From positions 70,853 through 134,852 of the forward strand of contig CBFHKU010000005.1 in assembly GCA_965656495.1 (NCBI GenBank): a stretch of DNA of 64,000 nucleotides, given 5' to 3'. A program made the position numbers and the translations under genes. Shown here one piece after another: positions 28,177-36,900 of the stretch (position 1 is the stretch's first letter; every line of letters begins with the position of its first letter). Under the pieces are notes generated by a model. The model was not told the DNA's origin, made no database searches, and saw nothing but the letters and a program-made list of their open reading frames with translations. The stretch is from Coraliomargaritaceae bacterium (GTDB lineage: Bacteria; Verrucomicrobiota; Verrucomicrobiia; Opitutales; Coraliomargaritaceae).

Positions 28177-29727
28177 ATGGCAATAGAACCAAAACTTCTT
28201 GAGGAACTACACGCGCGGCGGGAAGTGGCGCGTTTGGCGGGCGGCGCCGACAAACAGGCCAAGCGCCACGAGCGCGGGCAGCTAAACGCCCGGGAACGCC
28301 TTGAAACCTTTTTTGAGCCGGACACCTTTCAGGAATTCGGGATGCACGCCCAACATTCCTGTCATCGCTTTGGTATGGAAAAGAAAAAGCTGCCGGGAGA
28401 CGGGGTGGTTTGCGGTACCGGTCTGGTGGAGGGTCGGCCTGTGGCGGCTTACGCCCACGATTTCACGGTAAGCGGTGGTTCTCTGGGGCGCATCCATGCC
28501 AAGAAGGTCTGCGACCTCATGGATTTTGCGCATGAGGCCGGCATGCCGGTGGTCGGCATCAATGACTCCGGTGGGGCGCGTATTCAGGAGGGAGTCGATT
28601 CCCTGAGCGGTTACGGGCAAGTCTTTTTCAAGAACGTGCTGCTCTCGGGCGTGGTGCCGCAGGTCGCGGTGATCGCGGGACCCTGCGCGGGCGGGGCCGC
28701 CTATTCACCGGCTCTGACCGATTTCCTCATCATGACGCGGGATCATGCCAACATGTTCATTTGCGGGCCGGACGTCATTAAAGCTGCCACTGGCGAAACC
28801 GCCGAACTCGCCCAGTTCGCCTCTGCTGACGCCCATGCAAGCATCTCAGGCAATATTCATCTGGTTGCAAATGACGATCGTCACGCCATGGAGTTGACCA
28901 CCAAGTTGCTATCCTTCTTGCCGAGCAACAACATTTCGGACCCGCCGCATCAAATGGATGATCTTGATTTGAGCGACGATCCCGAGATGAACAATCTCGT
29001 GCCGGCATCGCCCAAGGATCCCCTCGATGTCTATGCGGTGATTGACCGACTCGTGGATGCCGGAGATTTCTTTGAGATTATGCCCGACTTCGCACGGAGT
29101 CTGGTTGTTGGATTTGCCCGCATTGAGGGTGTGGTGGTCGGTGTCATCGCCAACAATCCGATGGTGAAGGCAGGCACGCTCGACATTGATAGTTCCGACA
29201 AGGGGGCACGCTTTATTCGTACCTGCAACGTGTACAACATCCCCCTTGTCACGCTGGTGGATGTACCGGGCTTTATGCCGGGATTGGCGCAGGAGCAGGG
29301 CGGTATCATTCGCCACGGAGCCAAGATGCTCTTTGCCTACGCCGCCTCAACGGTGCCGAAGGTCACCCTCATCATGCGCAAGGCATACGGTGGCGCCTAC
29401 CTCGCGATGTGTTCCGCCGACCTCGGAGCCGATATGGTCTTCGCCTGGCCCACTGCGGAAATCGCGGTGATGGGCGCGGAGGGCGCGGTACAGGTACTCT
29501 TCCGCCGCGAATTGCAGGCCGCCGACGATCCCAAGGCGCGCGCCGCCGAAATCGCGGCAGAATACCAATCCGAGTTCGCCTCACCTTATCAAGCCGCCGC
29601 CAACGCCATGATCACGGACGTGATCGAACCCTCCCGTTCCCGGGCAGCCGTAGCGCTTGCGCTTCGCAATACCCTCAGTAAACGCGATACCCGTCCGCCC
29701 AAGAAACACGGTAATATCCCTCTGTAG
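28177..29727 (+). CDS. mmdA: Methylmalonyl-CoA decarboxylase alpha subunit (carboxyltransferase)
   Basis: DSGGARIQEG, CAGGAAYSP, VDVPGF, RKAYGGA, KKHGNIPL; adjacent to the delta, gamma and beta subunit genes. Confidence 0.9.
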   Translation: MAIEPKLLEELHARREVARLAGGADKQAKRHERGQLNARERLETFFEPDTFQEFGMHAQHSCHRFGMEKKKLPGDGVVCGTGLVEGRPVAAYAHDFTVSGGSLGRIHAKKVCDLMDFAHEAGMPVVGINDSGGARIQEGVDSLSGYGQVFFKNVLLSGVVPQVAVIAGPCAGGAAYSPALTDFLIMTRDHANMFICGPDVIKAATGETAELAQFASADAHASISGNIHLVANDDRHAMELTTKLLSFLPSNNISDPPHQMDDLDLSDDPEMNNLVPASPKDPLDVYAVIDRLVDAGDFFEIMPDFARSLVVGFARIEGVVVGVIANNPMVKAGTLDIDSSDKGARFIRTCNVYNIPLVTLVDVPGFMPGLAQEQGGIIRHGAKMLFAYAASTVPKVTLIMRKAYGGAYLAMCSADLGADMVFAWPTAEIAVMGAEGAVQVLFRRELQAADDPKARAAEIAAEYQSEFASPYQAAANAMITDVIEPSRSRAAVALALRNTLSKRDTRPPKKHGNIPL

Positions 29728-29734
29728 TTAAAAT

Positions 29735-30151
29735 ATGAATACACTTTCCATTATCATCGCCTCCGCAGAAAGCGGAACAACAGGCTCGCCCGAAGTGCAG
29801 GCGGTGCCGCTCGTCGTGCTGGGATTTTTGTTCGTGATCCTGATTCTCTCCCTGCTATCGGCAGTGACCGGAACTATGGGCTTTTTATTCGCGCGACGGG
29901 CTGCCATCGCAGCCGAGGAAAAAGCGGCACGCATGGAGGCGGAAGCCGCGGCACCCACTGCAAGCCGTTCGGTGGGCCGGGAAGTGCCGACGGAGGACGA
30001 CCCCGTTATTCAGGCGGTGATCGCAGCAGCAATTCACAGCGTCATCGGCAATGGCCGGGGACGCATTGTTTCCATTCGCTCCAGTTCCGGCGGCGGTTGG
30101 GCGCAAGAAGGTCGCCGACAGATTTTCTCCTCAAGACTTGGCCGCAATTAA
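29735..30151 (+). CDS. mmdD: OadG-family decarboxylase delta subunit
   Basis: One TM, AVIAAAI, C-terminal WAQEGRRQ. Confidence 0.85.
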   Translation: MNTLSIIIASAESGTTGSPEVQAVPLVVLGFLFVILILSLLSAVTGTMGFLFARRAAIAAEEKAARMEAEAAAPTASRSVGREVPTEDDPVIQAVIAAAIHSVIGNGRGRIVSIRSSSGGGWAQEGRRQIFSSRLGRN

Positions 30152-30183
30152 AGCGGTGATCCACATTTAACAATACCATAGAT

Positions 30184-30579
30184 ATGAAACAATTACGCAT
30201 CACAGTTGAAGGTAAGACTTACGATGTTGAGGTCGAACTCCTCAATGAAAACAACGGCACGCCCGCGCCCCGTCCGGCACAGGTTGCCAGCGCCCGCGTC
30301 AATACGCCGGCACCCGCCGCACCCAAGCCCGCTGCACCCAAGCCCGCCGCTGCCGCTCCGGCAGGAGAGGGTTCGGTCGTCAGTCCGCTCGCTGCGGTGG
30401 TGGTGTCCATTGATGTCGCAGTGGGCGATCAGGTCGAGGCGGGGCAGAATGTTGCCACCCTCGAAGCCATGAAAATGAATACTCTCGTACAGGCTCCCGT
30501 CTCCGGCGTGGTCAAGTCCATCGAGGTCAACGCCGGTGAGGCGGTGGAGGAAGGTCAGACCCTTTTGGTGATCGCCTAA
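30184..30579 (+). CDS. mmdC: Biotin carrier (gamma) subunit
   Basis: ITVEGKTYDVEVE, Ala/Pro linker, EAMKM biotinylation motif. Confidence 0.93.
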   Translation: MKQLRITVEGKTYDVEVELLNENNGTPAPRPAQVASARVNTPAPAAPKPAAPKPAAAAPAGEGSVVSPLAAVVVSIDVAVGDQVEAGQNVATLEAMKMNTLVQAPVSGVVKSIEVNAGEAVEEGQTLLVIA

Positions 30580-30585
30580 AAAAGC

Positions 30586-31758
30586 ATGCTAGAGCCCATT
30601 ATCGAATTACTCGGGCACACCGGCTTCAGTGAGGTCACTTGGCAAATGTTGGCGATGTGGATCATCGTCGCCTTATTGCTCTATCTTGCGGTCTATCGCA
30701 AGTTTGAGCCCCTGCTTTTAGTGCCAATCGCCTTTGGCACGCTCTTGGCGAACCTGCCAACGGAGGGCATCATGGAGGGGCTCGAATTTGCGGGCCGGGC
30801 GGTGCCCCTGCGCGAGGACGGGTCCGGTGGCCTATTCTATTACCTCTTTCAGGGGATCCATTTGGAATTGTTCCCACCCATCATCTTCATGGGGGTGGGG
30901 GCCTTGACCGATTTCGGGCCGCTCATCGCAAACCCGCGCACCATGTTGCTGGGCGCGGCGGCGCAGTTTGGAGTCTTTGGGGTCTTTCTTGCCGCTTACG
31001 CCATGAAGGGAATCGGGGTCGCCTACAGCCTGCAGGAATGTGGCGCAATCAGCATCATCGGCGGGGCCGACGGCCCAACCTCCATCTTCCTCGCCAACAA
31101 ACTGGCACCGCATCTCCTCGGTCCGATTGCGGTAGCAGCCTATAGCTACATGGCACTCGTCCCCGTGATTCAGCCGCCTATCATGCGCGCCCTTACCAAT
31201 TCGGAGGAACGCCGCATCCGGATGCCCAAACTGCGGGAGGTTTCCCGCCTGGAAAAACTACTCTTCGCCACCGCGATCCTCATGATCGGAATATTGGTCG
31301 TCCCCGCCGCCGCGCCCCTTTTATTCATGCTCTTCTTCGGGAATTTCATGCGCGAATGCGGAGTCGTCGAACGCCTCAGCAAATCAGCCCAAAACGAGAT
31401 CATCAACATCGTCACCATTTTCCTCGGAGCGAGCGTCGGCATCACCATGCATGGTGAGGTTTTCCTAACGACGCAAACCCTCGGCATTCTCGCCCTTGGG
31501 GTCCTTGCCTTTGGCGTCGCAACCGCTTCCGGCATCATCATGGCAAAAGTCATGAACCTTTTCTCGCACCGCAAGATCAACCCCCTTATCGGCTCGGCAG
31601 GGGTGAGCGCCGTTCCTATGGCGGCGCGCGTCAGTCAGGTGGAGGGCCAACGGGCCGACCCCTCGAATTTCCTCCTCATGCACGCCATGGGGCCCAACGT
31701 TGCAGGCGTCATCGGCACCGCTTTGGTCGCAGGTTTTTTCATGACGGTCCTCGGATGA
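30586..31758 (+). CDS. mmdB: Na+-translocating decarboxylase beta subunit
   Basis: [52 protein letters not shown]. Confidence 0.95.
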   Translation: MLEPIIELLGHTGFSEVTWQMLAMWIIVALLLYLAVYRKFEPLLLVPIAFGTLLANLPTEGIMEGLEFAGRAVPLREDGSGGLFYYLFQGIHLELFPPIIFMGVGALTDFGPLIANPRTMLLGAAAQFGVFGVFLAAYAMKGIGVAYSLQECGAISIIGGADGPTSIFLANKLAPHLLGPIAVAAYSYMALVPVIQPPIMRALTNSEERRIRMPKLREVSRLEKLLFATAILMIGILVVPAAAPLLFMLFFGNFMRECGVVERLSKSAQNEIINIVTIFLGASVGITMHGEVFLTTQTLGILALGVLAFGVATASGIIMAKVMNLFSHRKINPLIGSAGVSAVPMAARVSQVEGQRADPSNFLLMHAMGPNVAGVIGTALVAGFFMTVLG

Positions 31759-31807
31759 GCATCCCACAAATTTTATTCTCAACATTAATATCCAACAATC
31801 CATAGCC

Positions 31808-33301
31808 ATGCCAACCATGACGCAAATTCCGGTCATCAGCGCGGAGGAAGCCGCTGCCATGATCCAAGATCGAAACATCATCGGCTTCAGCGGTTTCACT
31901 CCCGCAGGAGCTGCCAAGTCAATTCCAACTGCCCTCGCACGCCGTGCCGAGGCGGAACACGCCGCGGGCCGCCCCTTCAAGGTCGGTATCGTGACCGGTG
32001 CCTCCACCGGTGACTCCCTCGACGGGGAACTCTCCCGCGCCAACGCCGTCCTCTTTCGCACGCCCTACCAGAGCAACCCCCATCTGCGTAAGGCGATCAA
32101 TTCCGGGGAGGCGAATTTCTTCGATATGCACCTCTCGATGTTGCCGCAGGCCGCCCGTTACGGACACCTCGGGCATTTCAACTTCGCAGTGGTGGAAGCG
32201 GCCTCGGTCTCGGAGGACGGCGAGATCATCCTCACCACCAGCGTGGGCGCGAGCAATACCTTCTGCGAACTCGCCGATAAAATCCTCATCGAGCTGAACG
32301 AATTCCACCCGCCGGAACTCGCGGGGCTCCACGATATTTACAGCCCGCAGGATCCGCCCCGCCGCCGCGAAATCCCCATCTTCCGCGTGCGCGACCGCAT
32401 CGGTTCCCCCGCCGTGAAAGTCGATCCCGCCAAGATCGTCGGTATCGTTAAAACCAAGCTCCCCGACGAAGTGGGCGGTTTCAAACCCGCCGACCCGACC
32501 ACCCGTACCATCGGTGAAAAGGTCGCGCAATTCCTCGCGGAGGAAATCGAGTCCGGGCGGATGCCGAAATCCTTCCTGCCGGTGCAATCGGGGGTCGGCA
32601 ACATCGCCAACGCGGTCCTCGGTGCGATGGGCGCCAATCTCAGTATCCCCCCCTTTGAAATGTATTCCGAGGTCGTGCAGGACAGCGTCGTCGAGTTGAT
32701 GCGGAAGGGCGCGATCACCTACGCCTCCGCCGCATCGATCACGGTTTCCCCCGAAACCCTCAAGGGCATGTATGACGATCTGGATTTCTTCAAGGAACGC
32801 CTGGTCCTCCGCCCGCAGGAGCTCTCCAATCACCCCGAAGTCGTGCGTCGTCTCGGTATCATCACCATCAACACCGCGATCGAGGTCGATATCTTTGGCA
32901 ACGTGAACTCCACCCACGTCATGGGCAAAAACCTCATGAACGGCATCGGCGGTTCCGGTGATTTCACCCGCAACGCCTATTGCTCGATCTTCACCTGTCC
33001 CTCTACCGCGAAGGACGGCGCCGTCAGCACCATCGTGCCGGCCGTCGCGCACCTCGACCACAGCGAGCATTCCGTCAACGTCATCATTACCGAGCAAGGC
33101 ATCGCCGACCTCCGGGGCAAGGACCCCGTCCAGCGCGCTCACGAGATCATCCTCAACTGCGCCCACCCGGACTACCGCGAACCGCTCCTTCATTATATGG
33201 GCGACACCAAAAACGGGCACACCCCGCAGACCCTCTCCAAAGCCTTCGCGATGCATCAGGCCTTCCTCGAACACAAGGACATGCGCCGCGCCGAGCTCTA
33301 A
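31808..33301 (+). CDS. scpC: Succinate CoA-transferase (acetyl-CoA hydrolase/transferase family; likely propionyl-CoA:succinate)
   Basis: SGFTPAG, QSGVGNIANAV, YSEV, GNVNSTH, NGIGGSGDF, AHPDY. Confidence 0.88.
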   Translation: MPTMTQIPVISAEEAAAMIQDRNIIGFSGFTPAGAAKSIPTALARRAEAEHAAGRPFKVGIVTGASTGDSLDGELSRANAVLFRTPYQSNPHLRKAINSGEANFFDMHLSMLPQAARYGHLGHFNFAVVEAASVSEDGEIILTTSVGASNTFCELADKILIELNEFHPPELAGLHDIYSPQDPPRRREIPIFRVRDRIGSPAVKVDPAKIVGIVKTKLPDEVGGFKPADPTTRTIGEKVAQFLAEEIESGRMPKSFLPVQSGVGNIANAVLGAMGANLSIPPFEMYSEVVQDSVVELMRKGAITYASAASITVSPETLKGMYDDLDFFKERLVLRPQELSNHPEVVRRLGIITINTAIEVDIFGNVNSTHVMGKNLMNGIGGSGDFTRNAYCSIFTCPSTAKDGAVSTIVPAVAHLDHSEHSVNVIITEQGIADLRGKDPVQRAHEIILNCAHPDYREPLLHYMGDTKNGHTPQTLSKAFAMHQAFLEHKDMRRAEL

Positions 33302-33315
33302 ACCACGCCCCTCCC

Positions 33316-34287
33316 ATGCCAACGCCACGCGAGCTTGACGTCCAAGCCCTCATCGAGGGGGTCCGCGCCAATGACCGCGCCCGCCTTGCGCAGGCCATTA
33401 CCCTCGTCGAGAGCCGCGCCCCCCGTCACGCCCAGGCCGCGCACGCCCTCATGCAGGCGCTCCTCCCGCACAGCGGCGGCGCCCTCCGCCTCGGCCTCAC
33501 CGGCGTCCCCGGCGCCGGCAAGAGCACCTTTATCGAAGCCCTCGGGATACATCTCTGCAGCCTCGGCAAAAAAGTCGCGGTCCTCGCGGTCGATCCCAGC
33601 AGTTCCGTGCACGGCGGCAGCATCCTCGGCGATAAAACCCGCATGGAAACCCTCTGCCGTGAACCCAATGCCTTCATCCGACCCTCACCCTCCGGCGACA
33701 GCCCCGGCGGGGTCGCCGCCCGCACCCGCGAAGCCCTCCTCATTTGCGAAGCCGCCGGATACGATGTCATCCTCGTTGAAACCGTCGGAGTCGGGCAGGG
33801 CGAAACCGCGGTTCGCACCATGACCGATTGCTTCCTCCTCCTTCAAATCACCGGCGCCGGAGACGCCCTTCAGGGAATCAAAAAAGGCATCGTCGAACTC
33901 GCCGACCTTATCGTCATCAACAAAGCCGACGGCGACAACACCACTCCCGCCGAACTCGCCCGCGCCGAATACGAACGCCTCCTCCAAATCCTCCAACCCT
34001 TCACCCCCGGCTGGAAACCCCGCGCCGCCACCTGTTCCGCCCTCCATAAAAACGGCATCGACACCATCTGGGAACTCGTCGAGACCTTCCGCGCCGAGAC
34101 CCAACAAAGCGGCGTCTTCAAGGAACGCCGTCAGGCACAGAACCTCGACTGGTTCAACACCCGCCTCCAACAAGCCGTCATGGAAGACTTCAAACAAAAA
34201 CACGCCCAACGCCTCACCGAAACCCAAACCGCCGTCGCCCAAGGCACACTCCCCGTCGCCGTCGCACTGCAACAAATGCTGGGGTAG
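33316..34287 (+). CDS. meaB: Methylmalonyl-CoA mutase-associated GTPase MeaB
   Basis: GVPGAGKST, AVDPSS, GGSILGDKTRM, VETVGVGQ, NKAD. Confidence 0.96.
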   Translation: MPTPRELDVQALIEGVRANDRARLAQAITLVESRAPRHAQAAHALMQALLPHSGGALRLGLTGVPGAGKSTFIEALGIHLCSLGKKVAVLAVDPSSSVHGGSILGDKTRMETLCREPNAFIRPSPSGDSPGGVAARTREALLICEAAGYDVILVETVGVGQGETAVRTMTDCFLLLQITGAGDALQGIKKGIVELADLIVINKADGDNTTPAELARAEYERLLQILQPFTPGWKPRAATCSALHKNGIDTIWELVETFRAETQQSGVFKERRQAQNLDWFNTRLQQAVMEDFKQKHAQRLTETQTAVAQGTLPVAVALQQMLG

Positions 34288-34288
34288 G
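33995..34288 (+). repeat. 294-bp direct repeat, copy 1 (3' end of intact meaB)
   Basis: Matches 36509-36802 except GGCACACTC vs GGCGAACTC (2 nt). Confidence 0.97.
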
Positions 34289-34347
34289 GGGCAAAATTTT
34301 GTTCAATGGCGGCTACCGCGTTGTGATTTTGAGGGTTCGTTTCCTTC

Positions 34348-34404
34348 TGTGAAGGTCGAGGATGAGGGACGGCGAATGCCGTTACCATTATCGACTTTTT
34401 GGGC
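34348..34404 (-). mobile_element. Degenerate integron attC-like site overlapping the methyltransferase stop
   Basis: Minus strand GCCCAAA-AAGTCGATAATGGTAACGGC-ATTC-GCCGTCCCTCATCCTCGAC-CTTCACA: bulged hairpin bounded by R''-like and R'-like boxes, both core triplets altered. Confidence 0.65.
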
Positions 34405-35341
34405 TCAGCTTTTGTTTCTTTTGCCTGAGGTACATGGCCCGCTCCTCCAGAACTCTATCGATTCCTGCCATCCATTCTAAATTTCGCCCAATTACTAGCT
34501 CTGTCATCGCTGCGTGATGTGTGTTTTTCATCGCAATAGGCTTGGCTTGCAAACAATGTATTCTAGCTAGTTCTTTAACTTCTGGAGCGTTATCATACGT
34601 CATGATGAAGTCCCCTGACAATTCAGAACACACTGAAAAGAGTCTTTCGTGATCTAGCCTTGAATGAGTGTATAGACGACTGCCTGCCTTCTTGCCTCCC
34701 GCGGTGTAGGGGGGGTCGATAAAGAAAACTGCATCTTTATCCTTCTTTTTCTCTTCTAGAACTTCAAAAGCATCCCGACACTCAAACGACAAACGTGTCC
34801 GAATCAGATCAATATTCCGCATTCTTTTTGCTAGAGTGGATGGATACCATCTAGACAATATTCCCTTTCCTGCCTCTCCATTTTTAAGAAATCCAGAACC
34901 AGCAGCTAGAATTCCTCCATGAAATGTTCGATTCTTAATAATGGTCTGAAAGGCAATTTCTCGAGATGATCGTCTGCTTGAAGCGAGAGCATCAATCGCA
35001 TTCTCTTTCGTCATCTCGAAATTTAATATCCTCGATGCAAGCCACCCAGCATCTCCTCCAACTAGGGTCTCCCATACTGCAGCAATCTCTCTGTCTAGTT
35101 CTATCAGATGGGCTTCATCGACTAGGTTCTCGGAAACTGATGTTAGGGAAACAATACCTCCTCCTGCAAATGGCTCTACCAAGCGCTTTGGTTTTTGTGG
35201 CTGGCTCAAAAGCCATTCCCTTAAGCGAGGGATAAACCAAGTCTTTCCTCCAGGGTAACGAAATGGGCTCAATTGAGGAACAGAGGCCACATTCACTGCC
35301 TTTGGGAGTTCAATATCTTCACTGAATAAGAGCTTCTGCAT
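34388..35341 (-). CDS. Dam/D12-class amino-methyltransferase of a type II R-M system
   Basis: SPFRYPGGK, EPFAGGG (motif I), FIDPPY (motif IV); lower GC than flanks. Confidence 0.92.
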   Translation of the reverse strand: MQKLLFSEDIELPKAVNVASVPQLSPFRYPGGKTWFIPRLREWLLSQPQKPKRLVEPFAGGGIVSLTSVSENLVDEAHLIELDREIAAVWETLVGGDAGWLASRILNFEMTKENAIDALASSRRSSREIAFQTIIKNRTFHGGILAAGSGFLKNGEAGKGILSRWYPSTLAKRMRNIDLIRTRLSFECRDAFEVLEEKKKDKDAVFFIDPPYTAGGKKAGSRLYTHSRLDHERLFSVCSELSGDFIMTYDNAPEVKELARIHCLQAKPIAMKNTHHAAMTELVIGRNLEWMAGIDRVLEERAMYLRQKKQKLSPKSR

Positions 35342-35344
35342 ATC

Positions 35345-36223
35345 TTAGTTACCAAAGGGAGATTCGATCGACTTATTCTCTGGAGGATTCTCCAACTTCT
35401 CATCAACCTTCGATTGGAGGATCTTCAAAAACTTCTCTATTTTCCCAACTTTGGGACGTGTAATTCTATTCAGAGCATCTGAAAACTTGGTATATACGGT
35501 CTCAACTCTCTGTAGCTCAAATGACCGACCTTCACGATCTACCAAGTCATAAATTAACCATGACATGTCTGCATCTTCTTTGGGTACTTGCTCCAAATCC
35601 GGAAGTGTCTCGAAAAATGCAAGGTCTAGCGCTACCGCCATCTTTTTCTTCCATGCATTCAAGATCCCACCCTTGAATATCAACTGAGGCGCAAGGCGCT
35701 TACGAGATGATGAGAGAAAATCTGGCCTTGGGTAATTCGGCTGCTCAGTCCAGTCCATATCTGCGTTTTTGCGACAGTCTGCCATGTAGTGTGCGAATGG
35801 GTCTCGAACATTTCCAGAAATATAGACTGCTTGAATCTCAAGCGATCCAAAGTCGTAGACTTGTCCCTTCTCATCATAAGCGACTAGAACAACATCAATA
35901 TTTCCTGCGGACTTGCCGTAGTAGTCTGTAAGCCTTACTTCGGTTAGCGATGTCCATGTCGCATTTTCTCCGAAAAAGAAATCCGCAGCATCATCTGCGA
36001 TAAGCCAATTTTCTCGGAATCTTACTGGACATGTGATCACGGGTCTATTCCCATGCATAACGCTGCAAACGCCTAGAGGATTCTTAGCTTTATCTTTTGT
36101 GCAGCTTGGAACCTTATTATTGAAGGGGCATAACCGGTTTTTTCGAAAACGCTGTGCTCTCGCTGACATTTCCGTGGGGATATGCCCAAATACTTCTGCC
36201 AAGGGATGCTGAGTTTCTTTCAT
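35345..36223 (-). CDS. NotI-family type II restriction endonuclease
   Basis: N-terminal Cys4 pattern (CPF...CTK...GVCSV...TCPVRF), EVRL...GNIDVVL...LEIQAVYISG nuclease core, RPDFLSSSRKRLAPQL; 3 bp from the MTase. Confidence 0.85.
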   Translation of the reverse strand: MKETQHPLAEVFGHIPTEMSARAQRFRKNRLCPFNNKVPSCTKDKAKNPLGVCSVMHGNRPVITCPVRFRENWLIADDAADFFFGENATWTSLTEVRLTDYYGKSAGNIDVVLVAYDEKGQVYDFGSLEIQAVYISGNVRDPFAHYMADCRKNADMDWTEQPNYPRPDFLSSSRKRLAPQLIFKGGILNAWKKKMAVALDLAFFETLPDLEQVPKEDADMSWLIYDLVDREGRSFELQRVETVYTKFSDALNRITRPKVGKIEKFLKILQSKVDEKLENPPENKSIESPFGN

Positions 36224-36273
36224 TCCTACTTTATTGTGCGAGCGATTTTACGGGCTTGCGACACTTAAATTTT

Positions 36274-36339
36274 GCCCAACTTGTTAATGTGACATATAGA
36301 GGGGTAGCCTCGGAATTAATCACATCCAACTGGTAGTGA
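36274..36339 (-). mobile_element. Integron attC-like site between the truncated membrane-protein gene and the R-M pair
   Basis: Minus strand TCACTAC-CAGTTGGATGTGATTAATTCCGAGG-CTAC-CCCTCTATATGTCACATTAACAA-GTTGGGC: starts just after a TGA stop, forms a bulged hairpin, ends in canonical GTTRRRY. Confidence 0.7.
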
Positions 36340-36342
36340 TAT

Positions 36343-36510
36343 TCATTTTGTGCAGAAGGTCTCTAGTGTGGACCAAAGAAAAAGAATGCCATAAAGTGCT
36401 GCTAAAATCCAAGGAACATTTATCTCGGTATGGGTGAAAGGTAGATATTTCTCCGGATTCTTTCCTTCTCCAAGCCCTTTCCATTCATCTTTGAATAACT
36501 GGAGAGGTAA
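36343..36510 (-). pseudogene. C-terminal fragment (~55 aa) of a small membrane protein, RipA/octameric-membrane-protein-like
   Basis: LPLQLFKDEWKGLGEGKNPEKYLPFTHTEINVPWILAALYGILFLWS...*; low GC; 5' part replaced by the meaB copy. Family recognised from memory of the motif. Confidence 0.6.
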
Positions 36511-36802
36511 CCCTTCACCCCCGGCTGGAAACCCCGCGCCGCCACCTGTTCCGCCCTCCATAAAAACGGCATCGACACCATCTGGGAACTCGTCGAGACC
36601 TTCCGCGCCGAGACCCAACAAAGCGGCGTCTTCAAGGAACGCCGTCAGGCACAGAACCTCGACTGGTTCAACACCCGCCTCCAACAAGCCGTCATGGAAG
36701 ACTTCAAACAAAAACACGCCCAACGCCTCACCGAAACCCAAACCGCCGTCGCCCAAGGCGAACTCCCCGTCGCCGTCGCACTGCAACAAATGCTGGGGTA
36801 GG
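36509..36802 (+). pseudogene. meaB: Duplicated 3' fragment of meaB (294-bp direct repeat, copy 2)
   Basis: 292/294 identical to 33995-34288, including the TAG stop; no start codon context. Confidence 0.95.
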
Positions 36803-36806
36803 TTTT

Positions 36807-36900
36807 TTATTTCTTCTCTTCGAGATTAATAAACTCAAAGCGACCAACTTTTAGTAGATTTTCGCGGGCCTCATCAGCAAGTTTACTTGTCTCAGGAGTA
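36807..36900 (-). pseudogene. Possible C-terminal gene remnant convergent on the meaB copy
   Basis: Open frame ...TPETSKLADEARENLLKVGRFEFINLEEKK* in low-GC DNA, cut off upstream by repeat DNA. Confidence 0.35.

Noticed and set aside
36343..36789. 148-aa ORF as an intact gene
   Set aside because: Its first two-thirds is the antisense of the meaB duplicate (same as shadow ORF 33685-34275); only the tail is genuine.
33995..36802. Prophage/ICE attL-attR or IS target duplication
   Set aside because: Repeat is 294 bp, insert only 2.2 kb, and there is no integrase, transposase or terminal inverted repeat.
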